Assembly: GCA_903922465.1 (NCBI GenBank) | Contig: CAIXTV010000130.1 | Span: 3,315 to 67,314 of the forward strand | Origin: an uncultured bacterium | Lineage (GTDB): Bacteria > Bacteroidota > Bacteroidia > Bacteroidales > CAIXTV01 | Direction of reading: 5' to 3' | Length of the DNA: 64,000 bases | In this document: positions 57,828 to 64,000 of the stretch, piece after piece | Layout of the letters: each line of letters begins with the position of its first letter | Numbering within the stretch: position 1 is the stretch's first letter | The notes under the pieces: model-generated | What the model was told of the DNA's origin: nothing | The model's input: only the letters and a program-made list of their open reading frames with translations | The model's database searches: none | Made by a program: the position numbers and the translations under genes

Positions 57828-58085
57828 TTAGTTTTTGTTGATTTCGTCGAGGTAATTTAAGCGCACTTCACTCAGAAACCCATCTAACATTCTAATGAGT
57901 TCGGGCGAAAGATTATTTTGTGTTTTTTCTTTTATCATTTCAAGCATTTCTATCGATTGTTTTGCTTGTTCTATATTTTTTTCAATTACATTTGTAATCG
58001 GATTTTTAATTTTACCTAATGCCTGCATTGCCGATGCATGAAAAATGTAAACCATTTGAAGGAAGAGTTGATCTTTTTTTTCCAT
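57828..58085 (-). CDS. DUF1844-like small protein.
   Basis: FLQMVYIFHASAMQALGKIKNPITN...EMLEMIKEKTQNNLS. The ATG at 58085 lies 25 nt downstream of a -7 box; the track start at 58112 is TTG. Confidence 0.6.
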   Translation of the reverse strand: MEKKDQLFLQMVYIFHASAMQALGKIKNPITNVIEKNIEQAKQSIEMLEMIKEKTQNNLSPELIRMLDGFLSEVRLNYLDEINKN

Positions 58086-58109
58086 AAAGTTTTTAACATT
58101 GTGTCTTTG

Positions 58110-58117
58110 CAAAATTA
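58110..58117 (-). promoter_or_regulatory. -7 box TAATTTTG for the DUF1844 / coiled-coil operon.
   Basis: The plus strand reads caaaatta. Confidence 0.4.
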
Positions 58118-58169
58118 AATTAATTATCTTTATAATTTGAAACTGAATGCTTTTTAATTCATTTTACTT

Positions 58170-58859
58170 ATGAAACTGATAGATGATTTCCTCAATTTGC
58201 TCTTTCCCGCTACTTGTGCGGCCTGCGGGAATACTTTATTTAAGAACGAAATAGTTATTTGTATATTTTGTCAACACCAAATGCCGCAAACACATTTTCA
58301 CCACTACCGTAATAATCCTTTGGAGAAAGTTTTTTGGGGAAGAGTTCCTCTAAATGCAGCAACTTCAATGTATTTTTTTAGAAAAGGTGCTAAAGTTCAA
58401 CATATGATACATCAGTTTAAATATAAAAACCGCAAAGAAATTGGTCTTTATTTAGGCCGACAGTATGGAAAAATGCTTCTCGAATCGGAATATTTTAATT
58501 CGGTGGATGTAATTCTGCCTGTTCCTTTGCATCCGAGCAAACTTAAAAAGAGAGGCTATAATCAAAGTGAGATTTTTGCCCGTGGAATTTCCGAGTCGAC
58601 ACATAAACCTGTTGATACTGTTACTCTTGTACGAAAATATGCTTCTGAAAGTCAAACGCGCAAATCAAGGCAAAATCGTTGGGAGAACGTTAAAGAAATA
58701 TTTTCCCTTGAAAATTCTGTTACTTTTCAAAACAAACATGTACTTTTGGTAGATGATGTTATAACCACAGGTGCAACCATCGAATCGTGTGTAAATGAGT
58801 TATTAAAAACTGTTGAAATTAAAGTAAGCATAGCTTCAATTGCTTGCACCACCATATAA
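58170..58859 (+). CDS. comF: ComF family phosphoribosyltransferase-domain protein.
   Basis: N-terminal Cys pairs (CAACG...CIFCQ), RGYNQSE, and the PRPP loop VLLVDDVITTGATI. Confidence 0.8.
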   Translation: MKLIDDFLNLLFPATCAACGNTLFKNEIVICIFCQHQMPQTHFHHYRNNPLEKVFWGRVPLNAATSMYFFRKGAKVQHMIHQFKYKNRKEIGLYLGRQYGKMLLESEYFNSVDVILPVPLHPSKLKKRGYNQSEIFARGISESTHKPVDTVTLVRKYASESQTRKSRQNRWENVKEIFSLENSVTFQNKHVLLVDDVITTGATIESCVNELLKTVEIKVSIASIACTTI

Positions 58860-58870
58860 ATTACCTTGTT

Positions 58871-59392
58871 ATGAGATATAAATTAGATCCCGAAATAGAA
58901 GAACGTTTTGAAATGGTGGGCATTTTGTGTCAACAGAAAGATTTTAAGCTTGCTTTTGTGTTTAACGATTTGTTGAAGTTTTCTTTTGTTAGAATCAAGA
59001 GCTTCAGTCAGTTTATTGACACAGAAAAACCCAATATCGAATTCTCGCTTTATTATTATTTTGATGAAATGAATAGAATTGGCTATTATTTAATCTCAAA
59101 TCGCTCGCAAGACAATATTCTTGTTGATCGCCTCAAACATTTTGACTATTTTTTAATCGTTAAAACCGAAAATGTACAATTTAAATTGGCTGATATATTG
59201 AAGAAACTTAAAAAAGCCCCAGAGGTTTTGGGTATTTTCAATATTAATATGACCACTTTCCCTAATATTAAGTATTTCTTTCAGGATATTGATATTCATG
59301 TGACAAATCTTAATAAAGAAGATAAGATTCAGGAAGATGAGGTTAGAAAAAACATCCAAAAAAACAAAATTACCTGGGGAACGAGAAGATAA
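58871..59392 (+). CDS. Hypothetical protein, possibly related to the Bacteroidota IPExxxVDY family.
   Basis: FEMVGILCQQKDFKLAFVFNDLL and LVDRLKHFDYFLIV loosely fit that family pattern. The track start at 58844 is TTG inside comF. Confidence 0.45.
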   Translation: MRYKLDPEIEERFEMVGILCQQKDFKLAFVFNDLLKFSFVRIKSFSQFIDTEKPNIEFSLYYYFDEMNRIGYYLISNRSQDNILVDRLKHFDYFLIVKTENVQFKLADILKKLKKAPEVLGIFNINMTTFPNIKYFFQDIDIHVTNLNKEDKIQEDEVRKNIQKNKITWGTRR

Positions 59393-59427
59393 TTATAGAT
59401 AGATTTTGGTGAGAATTTCCCAACTTC

Positions 59428-61590
59428 CTATTGTATGCTCCATCTAACCGAAAAATTTATCACTCTTCCATCGATGGGGGCCCAAAGTTTGTGAAAAACA
59501 GGCTTATATGTTGTTCCATCATAGATACGTTCGTATGTACTTTGGCGGAAATCCAATAAATTTTCTCCATTTAACACAAAACTCAAACTCCCAATATTAT
59601 AGCCTATCATGGCAGCCATCAGAAAATAGTCTTTTGTGGGATGATAATCCTGATTCAATTGATTTGCAATGTAGGAAGCCTCAATGCCGAAGCGAAGATG
59701 AGCGTTTACATCATAAAAAAAGGTAGATGAAAGCTGTTGTTTTGGAGTTGTATAAGGCGTTTTATGAAGAGGAACATAATTTTGCACCACATTTGTGTAA
59801 ACATACCCAAGATAAATCTCCAAATCACAGTAATTCAGGCGGATGTAGGTTTGTAAACCATCTGTCACCAATGATTTTTGGGCATTCACAAGGGCAATTT
59901 TTGTAGAAACAGACGAACTATCATATACTGGCTTATCGATATTGGTGATAAAGAAGGATTGATTAATGGTTATGCTTACTTTTTCCTTAAAAAAGTGCTG
60001 ATAATTGATATCTGCATTGGCGCCTTGCGAAAGTTCAGGCTTTAATTGGGCGGAAATCAGACTCTTTAAGTCTGTTTCGGGTTCAATATAAGAGAACTGC
60101 ACAGGGGTTTTATATCCCAAGCCCCCATTTATGCGAGTGGTGAATTGTTTATTTATTTTACACATCAACGATAGGCGAGGCAAGGCAAAGAAACCATATT
60201 TAGAATGATAATCTTCCCTGAAACCACTCTCAATTAAGAACTTATCGGTGATTCGCCAGGTGTTTTGCAAAAATACCCCCATTGTACTATAGTCATAATT
60301 CAACACTTCGATGAGTTCGTTGCTACGATTGTTGAAAATATCACCATTATAATTAAGGCCCATCACCCAATCGGTTTTTGGCTGGCTTTTGTAGAATGAT
60401 ATTTCGGAATAATACAATTGTTGGCTGCCCTTAAATTTATAGTCTTTGGTCGATAAATTTTCATCCAAATTATTATAACTAAATTTCAGGCTTAGATTTG
60501 ATTTTTCGGAGAAAGCATACATCCATTTGGCATCAGCAGAATGGCGTTGAGCACTGTTAGTCACATGATAAAGCGTATCGGAAGCCCCTTTTGTGAAATA
60601 CGACATATCGCCCCCCTCACGATGATCGATTGTGGCCGTATAGTTCAGAGTGAGAGTCGATTTCGGATTAAAATAGAAGAACAGTTTAGGATGTATTACG
60701 GTAGAATTCACCATGGGCACATCGCTCATACTATCATTATTCACATCCATCTGTTTTTGAAGGGTTTGACCAAAAAATAAAGTATATCCGAACTTCTTAT
60801 ACCGACGGGCAGCATAAAGGTTAAAATTGGTTTCGGAGAGGGTAGTTTGGTTGAGCGTAAGGCTAATTTCCTGAGAAGTGGGTGGCGTTTTGCTAATCAA
60901 ATTGATGATGCCCCCAATGGCATCGGCTCCATAAAGGGTAGAAACACAACCTTTTATTATTTCAATTTGTTTCAAATCTAAAGGTGGTATTTGCATAATA
61001 CTGAAACCCGCCGACATTCCACCAAAAAGCGGAAGCCCATCACGCAGAATTTGGGTGTAACGACCGTTTAATCCCTGAATGCGTGCATAAGTATTGCCCG
61101 AACTTGCCGATACTTGTTGCATTTGAATGCCTCCCATATCGCTCAACATACTCATAATATTGCCCGGTTTTATCCCATTTTCTTCATTTACTTCTTCAAA
61201 ACCAAGCACTTCTATCTTAGTGGGATTGTTTTCGATAGTAGAATTGGTGCGAACCGACGAAATGATGATTTCGCCCAATTCTTCGGTATTGCTTTGCAGA
61301 TAAACCACCAGTAAACTATCACGTTGAGGGATGTCAACTATCATGTTTTTAGATATATAACCTATAAAACCCAACACAATTTCGTATTGACCTTTTTTGC
61401 TAAAACTGAGTTTCGCTTTTCCGTTCATATCGGCCGAACACCCATGTGTGGTACCTTTTTCTACAAGAGATGCGCCCGCCAAGGTTTCTTGATTGGCCGA
61501 ATCGCGAACGGTTGCAACGAAAATGTATTGCGAATAGGACAATTGTTGCATCGTCAGCAGGGCAAATAATAATAAAACTTTAATCTTCAT
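59428..61590 (-). CDS. TonB-dependent outer-membrane receptor with an N-terminal carboxypeptidase-regulatory-like domain.
   Basis: Signal peptide, plug region (VLGFEEVNE...GIQMQQVSASSGNTYARIQGLNGRYTQILRDGLP), and terminal ..INFSVRWSIQ. Confidence 0.85.
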   Translation of the reverse strand: MKIKVLLLFALLTMQQLSYSQYIFVATVRDSANQETLAGASLVEKGTTHGCSADMNGKAKLSFSKKGQYEIVLGFIGYISKNMIVDIPQRDSLLVVYLQSNTEELGEIIISSVRTNSTIENNPTKIEVLGFEEVNEENGIKPGNIMSMLSDMGGIQMQQVSASSGNTYARIQGLNGRYTQILRDGLPLFGGMSAGFSIMQIPPLDLKQIEIIKGCVSTLYGADAIGGIINLISKTPPTSQEISLTLNQTTLSETNFNLYAARRYKKFGYTLFFGQTLQKQMDVNNDSMSDVPMVNSTVIHPKLFFYFNPKSTLTLNYTATIDHREGGDMSYFTKGASDTLYHVTNSAQRHSADAKWMYAFSEKSNLSLKFSYNNLDENLSTKDYKFKGSQQLYYSEISFYKSQPKTDWVMGLNYNGDIFNNRSNELIEVLNYDYSTMGVFLQNTWRITDKFLIESGFREDYHSKYGFFALPRLSLMCKINKQFTTRINGGLGYKTPVQFSYIEPETDLKSLISAQLKPELSQGANADINYQHFFKEKVSITINQSFFITNIDKPVYDSSSVSTKIALVNAQKSLVTDGLQTYIRLNYCDLEIYLGYVYTNVVQNYVPLHKTPYTTPKQQLSSTFFYDVNAHLRFGIEASYIANQLNQDYHPTKDYFLMAAMIGYNIGSLSFVLNGENLLDFRQSTYERIYDGTTYKPVFHKLWAPIDGRVINFSVRWSIQ

Positions 61591-61782
61591 CGAATTAGGA
61601 TATAAAAAACTTAAAAATATGCATTTTAGAAATGATAAAATTACTAAAAAACCAAAGCCATTGAGTATAAATTAAGCCTTTTTAAGAGTTGCGGTGGCTT
61701 GGCTTTCAATGAAAAATCAGGCATTTAGAGGATGCAAAGAAGAGTGAGGCTCAAAAAATCAGAAAATTGGGGATGTTTCAGA

Positions 61783-62205
61783 TTACAATTGCTCCCCTTT
61801 TCCCGTAAAAAGGGCTTCTTTTGTTTTCTTTCCGGCTTTATATTCAATTTCGTATTGCATAGGATGGTTTTTTTGGTCGATTTGAGCAATTGCGATAATC
61901 ACCCTATCTTTCCCATACTTCGAATAGAAAGCATCTTTCACCATATCAGGCAGTTCGCTCAGCAAAATGGGAGTTTCGGTTTCGACACATTCGCCTTCAG
62001 CAGTGAAATTAGCCGAGCAGGCCTTCCCGTTTAACATAAATGAGGCTTCGAACTCCTTGCTGCCTTCTTTTTCCCATTTAACATGGGTGGCATTGGCAAA
62101 TTTAAGTTTAAATAAATTTTTAACCTTTTCGGGAGCCTGAGATTTGCCTACATTTATACCTAAAAAAAGCATGATTGCGAGACTTTGAAAAATGATTTTT
62201 TTCAT
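61783..62205 (-). CDS. PepSY-like (putative beta-lactamase-inhibitor-like) periplasmic protein.
   Basis: Signal peptide, then two half-repeats (KVKNLFKLKFANATHVKWEKEG..EFEASF and LPDMVKDAFYSKYG...YEIEYK). Confidence 0.65.
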   Translation of the reverse strand: MKKIIFQSLAIMLFLGINVGKSQAPEKVKNLFKLKFANATHVKWEKEGSKEFEASFMLNGKACSANFTAEGECVETETPILLSELPDMVKDAFYSKYGKDRVIIAIAQIDQKNHPMQYEIEYKAGKKTKEALFTGKGEQL

Positions 62206-62490
62206 TTTAGAAGTGTATAATTTGTTTGAAGCAAAAATGGAAAATTATGGAAGCAGCAAACGCAAGATATTATGGAAATTTCGATAAAATGAGGCTTTAA
62301 TTTTGATCTAAAACTTCAAATCAATCAAAAATAGGGTCGGAAAACATCTAAAAATAGTGTTTTTTTCATTTGTTTTTGGTTTTGGAAATAATTTTGTTGA
62401 AAAACATGAAAATTTGAAAATCGCTGAAACTCTCATTCTCATTGGGTTTGAAAACATGAAGTGATTTTGAAAACCATTTTTATATGATAA

Positions 62491-62700
62491 ACAAAAAAGA
62501 TAAACATATAAAAATCGATTTTTACAGCAAAACCTAAAATGATAAACCTATAAAAATTCATTTTCATAGAAAAACCTAAAATGAAAACCATATAAAAATT
62601 CATTTTCATAGCAAAACCTAAAATGATAAACCTATAAAAATCGATTTTCATAGGAAAACCTAAAAAGATAAACATATAAAAATGGATTTTTATATGAAAG
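62491..62700. repeat. 42-bp tandem array, 5 units.
   Basis: Units start at 62491, 62533, 62575, 62617 and 62659. Each contains an aaaaat(c/t/g)(g/c)attttt pseudo-palindrome. Confidence 0.88.
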
Positions 62701-63066
62701 TCATTTTGTATATTGATATAAAAATATTTTTTCAGGTATTTTCCATTAATACTCTTCTAGCGAAAATGAATTTTCATATTAAAAGTCAAAATATTGACGC
62801 ATCAAAAATCGATTTTTATATCAGTTTACTTAAAGAAAATTCTCTATATATCAATTTTCAATATAAAAATAATAATGAAAATCATCTGAAAATGTTCCTT
62901 TCAAACCCCATTCTTGATAACAATAAATGAACAGAGTAATGGCAATTCAAATGCACATCAATTATACAAAAATTTACTTCTATTGATTAAAAACCTGAAA
63001 AAGAAAACTTCAAAAAACTTAAATTTTCAGCCGACAAAATTAAGGTGGATGAATTTTCGGGGAGTT

Positions 63067-63420
63067 TTACTCCATCAAATGCATTTTCGAACGATTCTGC
63101 CAGCCTGCATCGCTCTTATACTTAGAAAAATAGATTTTTAAATCGGCATCGCTTTTATATTCGCAAAAATATACGGTCACTTTTGCATCGCTTTTGTAGC
63201 TACAAAAATGCCATAAACCGTTGTTGCCCGATGCATCGCTCTTATAATCACATTTATACACCACCAAATCGGCATCGCTTTTATATTCACAAGAATAAAT
63301 TTTCACTTTTGCATCGCTTTTATACTGACAGCTATACACCGTCTGCGATTTTACACTGCTAGCAAAGCCTAATAGCAAGAACATTGCCGCTAAAAATGAG
63401 TTTCTGAACGCTTTTTTCAT
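63067..63420 (-). CDS. Small secreted protein with six YKSDA repeats.
   Basis: Signal peptide ..SSVKSQ, then 6 x [Y-x-C-x-YKSDA-(K/D)-(V/L)-x-(V/I)] at about 13-aa spacing. Confidence 0.65.
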   Translation of the reverse strand: MKKAFRNSFLAAMFLLLGFASSVKSQTVYSCQYKSDAKVKIYSCEYKSDADLVVYKCDYKSDASGNNGLWHFCSYKSDAKVTVYFCEYKSDADLKIYFSKYKSDAGWQNRSKMHLME

Positions 63421-63480
63421 GAGTTTTGGTTTAAAACGTTAAAATTACAGATTATTTACGAATTATCAAGGAAAAAAAAA

Positions 63481-63871
63481 GAAACAACAGTTCGATAAGC
63501 CGGATTCTGTTTCCCAACGAATTGGAAATTCTATCATTTATCTGGAAACGTTATCACTAACGAGTTCAATCAGCCTACCCCCCGGAAATAGACGAGCCAT
63601 CTATGATCTGTAAACAGATGCTTCCGGTATATTTGGCCTTTCAACCCATAAGGTTTACCCCCACCCTATATCACTATAAAGCGTTGTGAGCTCTTACCTC
63701 ACATTTTCACCCTTATTGCGACGAGTCGCAACGGTTATTTTCTGTGGCACTCTCTGTCTTGCGCCAGTCATCCAACGCAATCCTTCCCGTTAGGAAGTAT
63801 GGTGCTCTATGTTGTCCGGACTTTCCTCCACGGTACTTTTAAACCGAGGCGATAGAATGAACTGTTGTTTC
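63481..63871 (-). ncRNA. rnpB: RNase P RNA, bacterial type A.
   Basis: The reverse complement contains GGAGGAAAGTCCGGAC (P4 5' strand), AGAGAGTGCCACAGAAA, AAGGGTGAAA..GTGAGGTAAGAGCTCAC, GAAAGGCCAAATA, GGGTAGGCTG and ACAGAATCCGGCTTATCG (P4 3' strand). The termini pair as P1 (GAAACAACAGTTC / GAACTGTTGTTTC). Confidence 0.93.
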
Positions 63872-63939
63872 GATTGCAAAGATACACAAAAGCACCCACT
63901 TCGACTCTTAAGAAATTTATAATCTTAAAAACGAGAAAT

Positions 63940-64000
63940 TTAGGCGTGCGCAGCCATTCGAGCCTTTGCAAAACGAAGAGTTTGTTTTAAGATGGCTTGA
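63940..64000 (-). CDS. 3' end of an unidentified gene entering from beyond the window.
   Basis: An open frame reads ..QAILKQTLRFAKARMAAHA-stop (TAA at 63940-63942). It is too short to identify. Confidence 0.3.
   Translation of the reverse strand, partial: QAILKQTLRFAKARMAAHA

Noticed and set aside
61591-61782. A cobalamin or TPP riboswitch upstream of the TonB-dependent receptor.
   Set aside because: I could not find a B12-box-like or TPP-box-like conserved core on the minus strand. A covariance-model scan would be needed to be certain.
62439-63141. Track ORFs 62439..62675 (-), 62682..62930 (+) and 62914..63141 (+).
   Set aside because: They lie in the AT-rich repeat spacer or antisense to the YKSDA gene. 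The peptides are repeat-derived, and no promoter or start context supports them.

Overview
The window reads as a chromosomal fragment of a low-GC Bacteroidota genome, probably an anaerobe. Supporting evidence: several proteins carry type A or type B T9SS C-terminal sorting domains; a PorP/SprF gene is present; TAnnTTTG -7 boxes sit about 20-29 nt upstream of many start codons; there is a four-subunit 2-oxoacid:ferredoxin oxidoreductase; and the RNase P RNA is bacterial type A. All calls come from reading motifs by eye, with no database search.

Housekeeping anchors I am confident of are recQ, lepA, lpxH, mgsA, sufE, tRNA-Phe(GAA) and rnpB. I found no transposase, integrase, CRISPR array or recognisable defence system.

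Four things deserve a second look:
1. Positions 1-5545 hold a head-to-tail array of four paralogous two-gene cassettes plus a decayed fifth copy. Each cassette pairs a T9SS-tailed CBM-like protein with a 220-aa secreted protein of unknown family. The array shows gene-conversion-like mosaicism, and a hairpin inside each B gene is kept by compensatory changes.
2. Positions 9320-14955 hold a tight five-gene operon: GNAT, acyl carrier protein, SGNH, SGNH with two LysM domains, and MBOAT. It looks like a hybrid of Dlt-type and Pat/Oat-type envelope acylation, with a GNAT where DltA would be.
3. Intergenic tandem arrays with periods of 21, 42 or 43 bp are unusually dense. One is a roughly 380-bp palindrome built from phased 21-mers just upstream of a C25 peptidase gene.
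4. Positions 41539-43710 form a 2.2-kb gene-free foldback-like island. Inverted arrays of a roughly 190-bp REP-like unit abut the stop codons of two convergent genes.

Several ORF-track starts are TTG artefacts. I re-called them to downstream ATGs that sit at the expected distance from a -7 box.
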